From an uncultured bacterium (GTDB lineage: Bacteria; Margulisbacteria; WOR-1; O2-12-FULL-45-9): a stretch of 64,000 nt of DNA. The DNA lies in contig CAZMPJ010000001.1 in assembly GCA_964568455.1 (NCBI GenBank), positions 233,691 through 297,690 on the forward strand, read 5' to 3'. Under the pieces are notes generated by a model. It was given only the letters and a program-made list of their open reading frames with translations, did no database searches and had not been told where the DNA came from. Shown piece by piece: positions 37,370 to 46,692 of this stretch. Each line of letters starts with the position of its first letter. The stretch's first letter is position 1. The position numbers and the translations under genes were made by a program.

Positions 37370-39201
37370 GATTGTTTTCAAATAAAATAAGACACTTAAA
37401 ATTTCTGGTTAATTACTGGCCATTGGGGTTGCTGATCTTATTTTCTGGCATTATTGCTGGATTAATGGAAAGCTTTACTATCAGCCTTTTCCTGCCTTTG
37501 CTTCAAGGTATCAATGAAGGAGGGGGAGGGCTTGTTCCTCCACCATTTAATTATTTGACCAAGCTGTTTCATGGCATGAATATGTTACACCGCCTTCAAT
37601 TAATCGCAATTATTTTAGTGTCATCAATAGTAATCAAGAATATTATGCTTTACGTGAAAAATATTTGTAGTTATAAATCACAAATTATTATCAGCCGCCA
37701 GTTAAGACTGTTAGGGTTTAAACAAATGATGCGTGTTGGTATGGGATATTATAACAATCAGAAGTCGGGAGATATGCATACGATAGTAGGAATTTATGCC
37801 CACAATATTAGCATATCTTTAAATAGATTTATTCAACTTGTTCATTTGCCTTTTACGGTGTTTTTTATTTTAATGATGCTTTTTCTCTTATCTTGGCAAG
37901 TAACATTAATTGCTTTGTTCCTGACGCTAATATTGCTTTTTGTTTTGCGTGGCTTATTAAAAAAGCTTGACAAAATAAGCCGGCAATTAAGCCCTGCCAT
38001 TAAAAACTTTAACAGCACTTTGTTGGATTTTATTTCTGGGATGAAAGTTGTACGCTTGTTTAATTGTGAACAAAAGGCTGAGGATGGCTTTGAAAAGGTG
38101 GTTGATCAGTATAATGATGTTTTTTTTAAAATAGGAAAACTCCAGGTATTGGTGGGACCAATCACCGAGATTTTAGGTGGAATTATTGTCGGAATAATAA
38201 TTATTGTCGGTTCTTTTATTTTAACTAATTATACAAATTATGGCTTGGAAGTTCTTTTGGTTTTTCTTCTGGCTTTTACCCGAATGATGAATCCAATAAA
38301 TGTGATAAATAAAACTAGAGCTTCATTTCTTGGAGACTTACCCTATTATAGAGACTTTTTTAATTTTCTTGAAGATAACGATAAGGCGCTGTTGGTGAAT
38401 GGTAAAAAGGTTTTTGATGGATTAAACAAGGGACTTGAGTTACGCAATGTTAATTTTGCCTATAATCCTCAAGAAAGAATAATTCTTAACAATGCTTCTT
38501 TTTATATACCAAAAGGCAAGAAGCTTGGGGTGGTAGGGCCTTCTGGGGCAGGAAAATCTACCTTGACGGAACTCTTTTTACGTTTCTATGATCCTCAATC
38601 TGGTGCAATTCTAGTGGATGATTGTGATTTGCGCGATCTTGAAATATCTTCTTGGCGCAAAAAAATAGGAGTTGTTTCTCAAGACGTTTTTCTTTTTAAC
38701 GATACTGTAAGGGCTAACATTGCTTATGCTAAGCCCGAAGCTACACAAGAGGAAATAGATGTGGCAGCACGAAAAGCTTTTGCCTATGACTTTATCCAAG
38801 AGCTACCACAGGGATATGATACTTTGTTGGGGGAACGAGGCGTTTTATTATCTGGCGGCCAACGGCAGAGAATAGCGATTGCCCGGGCGATATTAGTAAA
38901 TCCAGAGATATTCATCTTTGATGAGGCGACTTCCTCGCTTGATACTACAGCGGAAAAAATTGTTCAGCAAGCTTTAGATGAGATTGGCAAAGGAAAAACT
39001 GTTATTACAATTGCTCATAGACTATCAACTATTTTTGATTCTGATTTGATTGTTGTAATAGATGCTGGCCAGATTGTTGAACAGGGGACTCACGTGGAAC
39101 TTATGCAAAAACAAGATCTCTATTATAGTTTGGTAAAACTACAAACAATTGAGGGGCAGGTTCAGGAAAAAGAGGATAAATTAATAAAAACCCATGACTA
39201 A
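37366..39201 (+). CDS. ABC exporter permease/ATP-binding (PglK/MsbA-like glycan flippase)
   Basis: TM region, then GPSGAGKST, LSGGQRQR, DEATS, IAHR. Confidence 0.9.
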   Translation: MRLFSNKIRHLKFLVNYWPLGLLILFSGIIAGLMESFTISLFLPLLQGINEGGGGLVPPPFNYLTKLFHGMNMLHRLQLIAIILVSSIVIKNIMLYVKNICSYKSQIIISRQLRLLGFKQMMRVGMGYYNNQKSGDMHTIVGIYAHNISISLNRFIQLVHLPFTVFFILMMLFLLSWQVTLIALFLTLILLFVLRGLLKKLDKISRQLSPAIKNFNSTLLDFISGMKVVRLFNCEQKAEDGFEKVVDQYNDVFFKIGKLQVLVGPITEILGGIIVGIIIIVGSFILTNYTNYGLEVLLVFLLAFTRMMNPINVINKTRASFLGDLPYYRDFFNFLEDNDKALLVNGKKVFDGLNKGLELRNVNFAYNPQERIILNNASFYIPKGKKLGVVGPSGAGKSTLTELFLRFYDPQSGAILVDDCDLRDLEISSWRKKIGVVSQDVFLFNDTVRANIAYAKPEATQEEIDVAARKAFAYDFIQELPQGYDTLLGERGVLLSGGQRQRIAIARAILVNPEIFIFDEATSSLDTTAEKIVQQALDEIGKGKTVITIAHRLSTIFDSDLIVVIDAGQIVEQGTHVELMQKQDLYYSLVKLQTIEGQVQEKEDKLIKTHD

Positions 39202-40144
39202 AAATCGCGTAATATTATTTGGTTCCAGCTATATGGCAGAAGAATATCTCAAGGTTCTTAAGGTCTTGGATTGTCAAGTAACGGTTATTGGCCGTAATAA
39301 AGAGAAAGCCGAGAAGTTAGCCCAAAAATATGGAGCAATTGGTTTGGATGATGGGGTAAAGGCTTTAATAAAAATTGATGCTTCTAAGGTTGATTTAGTA
39401 GTCATTGCTTCTGCTATTGAATCACTTAAAGAGATAAGTTGCGCTTGTTTAGAAAAGGGATTTAAAAATATACTAGTTGAAAAACCAGGCGCTCTTAATA
39501 TGTCTGAGCTTGAAGAAGTTAAGAAAAGGATTGATAAAGGCGTTAATCTTCGCTTAGCCTATAATCGGAGGTTTTATAATTCAGTGCTAGTTCTAAAGCA
39601 AAGAATTAAAGCAGATGGTGGGCCAGTTGCCGCTTTTTTTGATTTCACTGACCGAGAAAAAGATATCCTGGGGTCAAAAAAATCAGCCCAAGTTGTTAAA
39701 CATTGGGGATTGGCAAATTCAACTCATGTGATAGACACAGCTTTTGCTTTGATTAGCCAGCCAGTTGAATTAACTGTATTGAGATCAGGACATTGGGACA
39801 AACATCCTAGTGGCAATGTTTTTGTTGGTTGCGGTAAAACTAAGCAATGCTTATTCAGCTATTTTTCCAGCTGGTCAGGTGGAGGCAGATGGAATATTGA
39901 AGTTGCCACTCCAGCAGGGCGCTATAAACTTTCTCCTTTGGAAGAATTGCAGTTTTGCCAAAAGAACCAATTTGGTTGGGAGAAGATTGACTTACCAGAT
40001 GATGACGATCAGAAGTATAAACCTGGCTTATATAAAATGGTTAAAAGCGTTTTGTTCGGTGAATCTAAAGATATCTTGCCAGGAATTGAACAACAAATTG
40101 AGCTGGCCAAGTCAGTTAATAGGATATTTGGTTATGAAAAATAA
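39194..40144 (+). CDS. Gfo/Idh/MocA family oxidoreductase
   Basis: GSSYMA, LVEKPG, AYNRRFY, NSTHVID. Confidence 0.85.
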   Translation: MTKNRVILFGSSYMAEEYLKVLKVLDCQVTVIGRNKEKAEKLAQKYGAIGLDDGVKALIKIDASKVDLVVIASAIESLKEISCACLEKGFKNILVEKPGALNMSELEEVKKRIDKGVNLRLAYNRRFYNSVLVLKQRIKADGGPVAAFFDFTDREKDILGSKKSAQVVKHWGLANSTHVIDTAFALISQPVELTVLRSGHWDKHPSGNVFVGCGKTKQCLFSYFSSWSGGGRWNIEVATPAGRYKLSPLEELQFCQKNQFGWEKIDLPDDDDQKYKPGLYKMVKSVLFGESKDILPGIEQQIELAKSVNRIFGYEK

Positions 40145-41081
40145 TATTGTAATCATTGGTACTGGCAACATGGGCAAGCGGCATTTACAAGCTTGTGCCA
40201 AATCATCAGATGAGCTGGAAGTTATTTGTTTTGATAGTAATAATGCGGCGCTGCAATCAGTTCCAGAGTTTTGTCAGAAAAACAACATAAAAACAGCGCA
40301 GTTAATCCTGGCTAAAAGTTTGACGGAAGTATTGTCTTTTATCAAAGATAAGACAATTGTTATTGTAGCGACAACTGCCCAGAGTCGGCAGACGATCTTG
40401 GCTGAAGTGATCAAACGGAAACCGCTGTGCGTTATTGCAGAGAAACCTTTGACCCAAACATTATCTGAATACGAGTCGGTTAGGGCTTTAGCTTCAGCTA
40501 TGACTGTGCCTGTTTATATTAATTTTACTAGGCACCTCTATGATTTTTATCAAGAGATTAAAGCTCAGCTGGCAGGGATAAAAGATAAGTCAATGACGGC
40601 TGTTTTTCCTAATGGTATTGCTTTGATTGGGATCCATATGTTTGAACTAATGACCTGGTTATTTAATGTAACCCAATATCGGCTGGTTGAATCAAAGGTT
40701 GAAGAAGTGTTTGAAACAAAGAGAACTGGCTATAAAGATGTTTACGGCGAACTTGTCCTGGAAATTGATGGCCAAGCTCGTTGTGTTTTTTCTTCCTCTG
40801 AACAGCCGGAGCAATGTTATGCTGAAATTATTGCAGATAATAGGAGGTATAAAGTGCTGGAAAGAGCTGGGCAGCTAGAAATTACAGATCAAGCAGGTAA
40901 CCAGAAAATTAAAAATATTAAGATCCCTTATACTAGCCAAGTCTTAGGTCTGGTTATTAATGATATAATTAAAGAAGGTGTAACTCAACGACTGCCTGAC
41001 ATTGATCAGAGCTATCTAGCACACAAAATCTTGTTCGATTATTTAGCTGCTAATGATTTAGCGGAGGTTAATATCACTTGA
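40134..41081 (+). CDS. Gfo/Idh/MocA family oxidoreductase
   Basis: IGTGNMGKRH, AEKP, IHMFE; ATG 40134. Confidence 0.85.
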   Translation: MKNNIVIIGTGNMGKRHLQACAKSSDELEVICFDSNNAALQSVPEFCQKNNIKTAQLILAKSLTEVLSFIKDKTIVIVATTAQSRQTILAEVIKRKPLCVIAEKPLTQTLSEYESVRALASAMTVPVYINFTRHLYDFYQEIKAQLAGIKDKSMTAVFPNGIALIGIHMFELMTWLFNVTQYRLVESKVEEVFETKRTGYKDVYGELVLEIDGQARCVFSSSEQPEQCYAEIIADNRRYKVLERAGQLEITDQAGNQKIKNIKIPYTSQVLGLVINDIIKEGVTQRLPDIDQSYLAHKILFDYLAANDLAEVNIT

Positions 41082-42073
41082 ATAAACCTGTCTTTATTAT
41101 TGCTGAGGCTGGCGTCAACCATAATGGTGAGCTTAAATTAGCGAAAAAATTAGTAGACGCAGCTAAGAAGGCTGGGGCTGACGCTGTAAAATTCCAAGCT
41201 TTTAAGGCGGATGAGTTAGTTACGAAATCTGCGCCGGCTGCCAAATATCAAAGGGCGCGCTCACAATATGAAATGTTGAAGAAATTGGAGTTATCCGAAA
41301 AGCAGTTTAAGCAGTTGTCTGCTTATTGCCGGAAGAAAAAAATAATTTTTTTAGCCACACCATTTAGCTTGCGGGCTGCAATTTTTCTTAATCGTTTGTC
41401 GATCAAGATTTTTAAAATTAGTTCTGGTGATTTGACCGACTTGCCGTTCCTGGCTGACATAGCGCACTTTAAAAAGCCGATCATTTTATCGACTGGGATG
41501 GCTGATTTGGCCGAAGTAAAAGAGGCGGTCAAAACTATTCTTACTGCCGGTAACAAATCCTTGGCTTTGCTCCATTGCACTTCAAATTATCCAACAAAAT
41601 ATGAGGATGTAAATTTAAAAGGCATGGCAACATTGAAAAGGACTTTTGATCTGATAGTTGGTTATTCAGACCATACCCCTGGTATTGAAATTGCTCTAGC
41701 TGCGGTAGCCAACGGGGCAAAAATTATTGAAAAACATTTTACCTTGGATAAGAAACTGCCGGGACCAGACCATCAAGCCTCGCTTGAACCAAAAGAATTT
41801 GTAGCTATGGTTAAAGGGATTCGCCATATTGAGCAGTCATTAGGCGATGGCATTAAAAAGGCAAGAAAATCAGAAATTGAGGTGCGCAAGATTGCTCGAA
41901 AAAGTTTGGTGGCGGTTGCTGATATTGCTAAGGGGGTAAGGATTAGTAGGCAGATGCTGACTGCGAAGCGACCGGGAACAGGGATTGCTCCGAAATACTT
42001 GAAAAAAATTATTGGGCAAAGAACTAAGAAAAAAATTAGCGCGGGGAAAGTTTTAGTTTGGAGTATGTTTTAA
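41078..42073 (+). CDS. neuB: Nonulosonate (legionaminate/N-acetylneuraminate) synthase
   Basis: IAEAGVNHNG, KFQ, STGMA, HCTSNYP, GYSDHT, EKHFTL, KRPGTG. Confidence 0.93.
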   Translation: MNKPVFIIAEAGVNHNGELKLAKKLVDAAKKAGADAVKFQAFKADELVTKSAPAAKYQRARSQYEMLKKLELSEKQFKQLSAYCRKKKIIFLATPFSLRAAIFLNRLSIKIFKISSGDLTDLPFLADIAHFKKPIILSTGMADLAEVKEAVKTILTAGNKSLALLHCTSNYPTKYEDVNLKGMATLKRTFDLIVGYSDHTPGIEIALAAVANGAKIIEKHFTLDKKLPGPDHQASLEPKEFVAMVKGIRHIEQSLGDGIKKARKSEIEVRKIARKSLVAVADIAKGVRISRQMLTAKRPGTGIAPKYLKKIIGQRTKKKISAGKVLVWSMF

Positions 42074-43212
42074 TGAAAAGAAAAATTTGTGTTATTACGG
42101 GGACTAGGGCAGATTATGGAATTCTGCAACCAGTCATGCAAGCAATCAAAGACTCAAACAAACTTCAACTACAGGTTGTGGCCACTGGCATGCATTTAAT
42201 GAAAGAGTTTGGTTATACAATTAAGGAGATAAAATTTAGAATATCAGCTAAGGTTAATATTTCCTACCAGGAAGATTCTAATTTGGCCATGGCTGATTCT
42301 CTTGGCCGCGCGGTTAGTCGACTGGCCAAGGCTTTTAGCCAACTAAAACCAGCTGTCGTGATTGTGATGGGTGATCGAGCAGAAATGTTTGCTGCAGCTA
42401 TAGCAGCCAATTATCTAAACATTCCCGTTGCTCATATTCACGGTGGAGAATTATCTGGGCATATCGATGGAGTAGTGCGACATGCCATTACAAAACTAGC
42501 ACACATTCATTTTCCAGCAACCGATAATTCAAAAAAGCGAATCTTGGCTTTAGGCGAAGAACCTTGGCGAGTTCAAACTGTTGGCGCACCAGCACTAGAC
42601 ACGATTCTTAATCAACAATTACCTGATCGACTGACTTTATATCGTAAGTATGGCCTTACCTCTACAGAACCTTTTATTCTTATGGCCCAACATTCCGTGA
42701 CTGGCGAAGAACACATTGCTGGTCAGCAAATCGCAAAAACATTAAGAGCGATCAAACGCTTAAAAATTAGAGCCATTATTATTTATCCTAATGCCGATGC
42801 CGGCGGAAGGGCAATGATTAAAGAAATTAAAAAGTTTGACTATTTATCGACTGTCAAATCTTTTGTTAGTTTGCCGAACAAAGATTATCTCGGCTTGATG
42901 AAGTTAGCTACTGTTCAAATAGGTAATTCTAGTAGCGGTCTAATTGAAGCTCCTTCTTTTGGTTTGCCGGTGGTTAATATTGGCCGGCGGCAAATGGGGC
43001 GAGAGCGAGGGGTTAATGTAATAGATGTTGATAATGACCAACAAAAAATATTAGCAGCATTGAGAAAAGCTATTGGTAATAGAAAATTTAGGCAAAAGGT
43101 GAAATTAACTAAAAATCATTATGGTGATGGCCAAGCAAGCCAACGGATTGTTGCCTGTTTGGCTAAAATAAAAATTAATGATGATCTGCTTAATAAGCAG
43201 ATGACCTATTAG
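42073..43212 (+). CDS. neuC: Hydrolysing NDP-HexNAc 2-epimerase (NeuC/LegG)
   Basis: TGTRADYG, GMHL, GDRAE, HIHGGE, GNSSSG, YGDG. Confidence 0.92.
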   Translation: MKRKICVITGTRADYGILQPVMQAIKDSNKLQLQVVATGMHLMKEFGYTIKEIKFRISAKVNISYQEDSNLAMADSLGRAVSRLAKAFSQLKPAVVIVMGDRAEMFAAAIAANYLNIPVAHIHGGELSGHIDGVVRHAITKLAHIHFPATDNSKKRILALGEEPWRVQTVGAPALDTILNQQLPDRLTLYRKYGLTSTEPFILMAQHSVTGEEHIAGQQIAKTLRAIKRLKIRAIIIYPNADAGGRAMIKEIKKFDYLSTVKSFVSLPNKDYLGLMKLATVQIGNSSSGLIEAPSFGLPVVNIGRRQMGRERGVNVIDVDNDQQKILAALRKAIGNRKFRQKVKLTKNHYGDGQASQRIVACLAKIKINDDLLNKQMTY

Positions 43213-43221
43213 GAGTAAACG

Positions 43222-43626
43222 ATGCATAAACGATTTGCAGATTGGCAATGTCCGGAGATTAAAGAGGGTCAGCTAACAAAATATAATTGGTTGGTCCAGA
43301 ATAAACAAGGATTAAAGTTAGAAAAAAATACTGATATTGGGGCCTTTACTTATATAAATGCAAAATATGGGGTCAAGATTGAAGAGAATGTACAGATTGG
43401 CTCTCACTGTTCAATCTATTCTGTTTCAACCATAGATAAAAAAACAGGTGAAATTATTCTAAAGAAAAATTGCTGTGTAGGTAGTCACAGCGTTATCATG
43501 CCTGGCGTTACAGTGGGCGAGAACTCTGTTATTGGAGCGTTCTCTTTTGTTAATCAAGATATTCCAGCTGATTGTGTGGCAGTTGGGGTCCCGGCCAAAA
43601 TCATTAAAAAGAAGGGGAACAAATGA
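43222..43626 (+). CDS. Short hexapeptide-repeat acyltransferase
   Basis: IGSHCSI, GVTVGENSVIGA, GVPAK. Confidence 0.85.
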   Translation: MHKRFADWQCPEIKEGQLTKYNWLVQNKQGLKLEKNTDIGAFTYINAKYGVKIEENVQIGSHCSIYSVSTIDKKTGEIILKKNCCVGSHSVIMPGVTVGENSVIGAFSFVNQDIPADCVAVGVPAKIIKKKGNK

Positions 43627-44750
43627 AGATACCCTTATCCAATCCAGATATTAGTCAAAAGGAGATTGAGGCTGTTTTAGAGGTGTTAAAGACCCCGAAC
43701 TTAAGCTTGGGACCAAAATTAGGCGAGTTTGAATCAAACTTTGCCGCTTATGTTGGGACGCGGCATGCGATTGCTGTTAACAGCGGGACCAGTGGTTTGC
43801 ATTTGTGTGTTAAAGCTATGGGCTTGAGTGATGGTGATGAAGTAATTACCACGCCGTTTAGTTTTATTGCTTCAGCTAATTGTATTCTATTTGAAAGGGC
43901 CAAGCCTGTTTTTGTCGATATTCGACAAGATACACTGAATATTGATGAAGCAAAAATTGAGGCCAAGATTACTAAAAAAACAAAGGCGATTTTGCCGGTC
44001 CATATTTTTGGTTATCCAAGTGAGATGGAAAAAATCCAGAAAATCGCTGATAAACATGGCTTAAAGGTGATTGAAGACTCTTGTGAAGCAATCGGAGCAA
44101 AACTTAATAAAAAGATGTCTGGTTCCTTTGGTAATGCGGCTGTCTTTGCTTTTTATCCTAATAAGCAGATGACAACTGGCGAAGGCGGGATGCTTGTTAC
44201 GGATGATGACGAGTTGGCCAGATTGGCACGGAGCATGAGGAATCAGGGTCGGGATGAGGGGATGGGTTGGTTAGCCCATAATCGGCTTGGTTACAATTAC
44301 CGGTTAAGCGATATTAATTGTGCTTTAGGTATTGCCCAATTGAGCAGGATTTCGGAGATATTAGCCAAACGAGAAAAAGTTGCCGGCATTTATAATAATA
44401 TGTTGGCTGGAGTTAAAGAATTAATTTTGCCGCCACTTGATACTAATCAGATTAAGAGGAGCTGGTTTGTTTATGTGGTTCAATTAAGCAAAGAATATTC
44501 TCAAAGTCAAAGAGATGCTGTAGTAAAAAAGCTTAGAGCAGCTGGGATAGGTTGTAATGTATATTTTCCACCAATCCATTTGCAGCCTTTTTATCAAAAA
44601 TCTTTTGGGTTTAAAAAAGGGGATTTCCCGGTTACAGAACAAGTGTCTGAACGAGCGATTGCTTTGCCGTTTTATAATAATCTGAAAAAAGAGCAAATTG
44701 ACTGTGTAATAAAAAATTTAATAACTAGTATTAAGGAGGTAAAGGTATGA
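43623..44750 (+). CDS. DegT family sugar aminotransferase
   Basis: NSGTSGLH, EDSCEA, FYPNKQMTTGEGG, GYNYRL. Confidence 0.93.
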   Translation: MKIPLSNPDISQKEIEAVLEVLKTPNLSLGPKLGEFESNFAAYVGTRHAIAVNSGTSGLHLCVKAMGLSDGDEVITTPFSFIASANCILFERAKPVFVDIRQDTLNIDEAKIEAKITKKTKAILPVHIFGYPSEMEKIQKIADKHGLKVIEDSCEAIGAKLNKKMSGSFGNAAVFAFYPNKQMTTGEGGMLVTDDDELARLARSMRNQGRDEGMGWLAHNRLGYNYRLSDINCALGIAQLSRISEILAKREKVAGIYNNMLAGVKELILPPLDTNQIKRSWFVYVVQLSKEYSQSQRDAVVKKLRAAGIGCNVYFPPIHLQPFYQKSFGFKKGDFPVTEQVSERAIALPFYNNLKKEQIDCVIKNLITSIKEVKV

Positions 44751-45748
44751 AAAATTATTTTAAAGGAAAAAGAGTCTTAGTAACCGGAGGTACTGGTTCC
44801 ATTGGTAGCGAAATTGTCAGGCAGGTAGAAAAATTTGAGCCGGATGTTATTAGAGTTTACAGTAATGATGAAGACGCCCAGTTTAGTCATTCACAAGGGC
44901 GTCCACGCAAAGGTTGTGTGCGCTTTTTATACGGAGATATCAGAGAAGAAGAGCGTTTAAGCTGGGCCATGGAAGGCATTGATATTGTTTTTCATGCTGC
45001 GGCCTTAAAACATGTTCCTGCTTGTGAGTATGATCCTTTTGAAGCTGTTAAAACCAATGTTATCGGCACTCAAAATGTTATTAAAGAAGCTTTAGCCCAC
45101 AATGTTGAGAAGGTCATTAACATCAGCACAGATAAGGCTGCCAATCCCATCAATGTTTTGGGTGCAACCAAGCTCTTGGCTGAACGAATTACTATCTCAG
45201 CCAATCATTATCGTGGAAATAAAAGAACAATCTTTTCCAGCGTTCGGTTTGGCAATGTGTTGGCTTCAAGGGGTTCGGTTGTTCCGGTTTTTAAGAATCA
45301 GATTGAAAACGGGGAATCAGTTACAGTAACTGATCCTGAAATGACTAGGTATATTATGAGTATTTCTCAGGCGGTTGGATTAATTTTGAAATCGGCAGTT
45401 GCTGCTAAGGGCGGCGAAATTTTTATCTTAAAAATGCCGGCTGTCAAAATTGGAGCGTTAGCGGAAGCAATGGTTGAAATGTTTGTTCCAAAAGATGGAG
45501 TTAAATCACCAGTTGAAAAGATCAAGCAAATTGGCCTAAGACAAGGGGAAAAGTTTCATGAAGAGCTGATGACTCATATCGAATTATTAAATGCAGTTGA
45601 AAATGATGGTATGTATATTGTTACTCCTAGCTTGATGGATAAGGTTAGAGGCAAAGAAATTATTCCGGAACATAATTCTTCGCATGCAAAAATATTATCC
45701 AAACAAGAAATAAAGAAGATATTAAAAGAGGTTATTGTAACGACATGA
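44747..45748 (+). CDS. UDP-GlcNAc 4,6-dehydratase family (Polysacc_synt_2)
   Basis: GGTGSIG, HAAALKHVP, STDKA, RFGNV..SRGSV, GEKFHEE. Confidence 0.92.
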   Translation: MKNYFKGKRVLVTGGTGSIGSEIVRQVEKFEPDVIRVYSNDEDAQFSHSQGRPRKGCVRFLYGDIREEERLSWAMEGIDIVFHAAALKHVPACEYDPFEAVKTNVIGTQNVIKEALAHNVEKVINISTDKAANPINVLGATKLLAERITISANHYRGNKRTIFSSVRFGNVLASRGSVVPVFKNQIENGESVTVTDPEMTRYIMSISQAVGLILKSAVAAKGGEIFILKMPAVKIGALAEAMVEMFVPKDGVKSPVEKIKQIGLRQGEKFHEELMTHIELLNAVENDGMYIVTPSLMDKVRGKEIIPEHNSSHAKILSKQEIKKILKEVIVTT

Positions 45749-46692
45749 AGCTTGCGGAGAAAACACCCTTAATTGATAATGTTGTGTTTGTTAATGGCTT
45801 AACCAGGTCAGGAAAATTCTTTTTTAGTAAGATTGTCTGTGGTTTTGATAAAATGGAGCATTTTCTTTATGTGCCGCAACTTGATCAACTAGCTTTTTTA
45901 GAACGTTTGGGTTCCTTAGACAAAAACACTGCAACTGTGTTATTGCGTTCAATGGTTGATTACCATGCCTTAAATCTGAGATTAGGCAGGGATTTAAATT
46001 TTCGCCGGGATGATGCATCATCATTAGAGAATTCTTATGAAAAAGAACTGTATTTAAAAAGGGCAGCTGCTCCAGTTAATCAGAATATTGTTGGAGAAAT
46101 CAATAGTGATGGGCGCAACTCGGTTTTTTTGCTTCATGAAAGCTTACCGCAAATAGCTTTATTTCTTAATGCATTTCCCAAATTAAAATGGCTTAATATT
46201 AGCAGGCACCCAATTGATCTGGTACATTCCTGGTACCTAAGGGGGTGGGGGCACAGGTTTATTGATGACCCGCTTTCTTTTACTCCTGTTATTGCAACAA
46301 AAGATTCTCCCGTTCCCTGGTATTTTTTTGAGCGACAAGAAGAATATGCTAGCTTGACGCAGATGGATCGGATAATAAAAAGCATTGCTATTTTATTTGA
46401 TCTAGAACAGGCTGCTTATGCCGCCTTACCTGCTAATAAAAAAGAACAGGTCATGTTAGTTAACTATGAAAATCTGCTAGAAAAAACTGAAACAGAAGTA
46501 AAAAGATTGGGAGATTTTTTAAAGGTCAATCCTTCTAAGAACCTACCAAGTATATTAGCTAAAGAAGGTTGTCCAAAAGTGATTCCTGCAGCGGCAAGAA
46601 AAAAAAAGAAACAGACAATTAAGGAGTTGGCCAGCCCAGAAATATTTGAGCTATTAAATTTCTTGGTGTCAGAATATGAAAAAAGAAAATAA
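45745..46692 (+). CDS. Sulfotransferase family protein
   Basis: GLTRSGK (5'-PSB-like), RHPIDLVHSW (3'-PB-like), YENL. Confidence 0.75.
   Translation: MKLAEKTPLIDNVVFVNGLTRSGKFFFSKIVCGFDKMEHFLYVPQLDQLAFLERLGSLDKNTATVLLRSMVDYHALNLRLGRDLNFRRDDASSLENSYEKELYLKRAAAPVNQNIVGEINSDGRNSVFLLHESLPQIALFLNAFPKLKWLNISRHPIDLVHSWYLRGWGHRFIDDPLSFTPVIATKDSPVPWYFFERQEEYASLTQMDRIIKSIAILFDLEQAAYAALPANKKEQVMLVNYENLLEKTETEVKRLGDFLKVNPSKNLPSILAKEGCPKVIPAAARKKKKQTIKELASPEIFELLNFLVSEYEKRK

Noticed and set aside
46599-46607. A9 tract and similar poly-A runs
   Set aside because: Lys codons in AT-rich DNA, no frameshift seen
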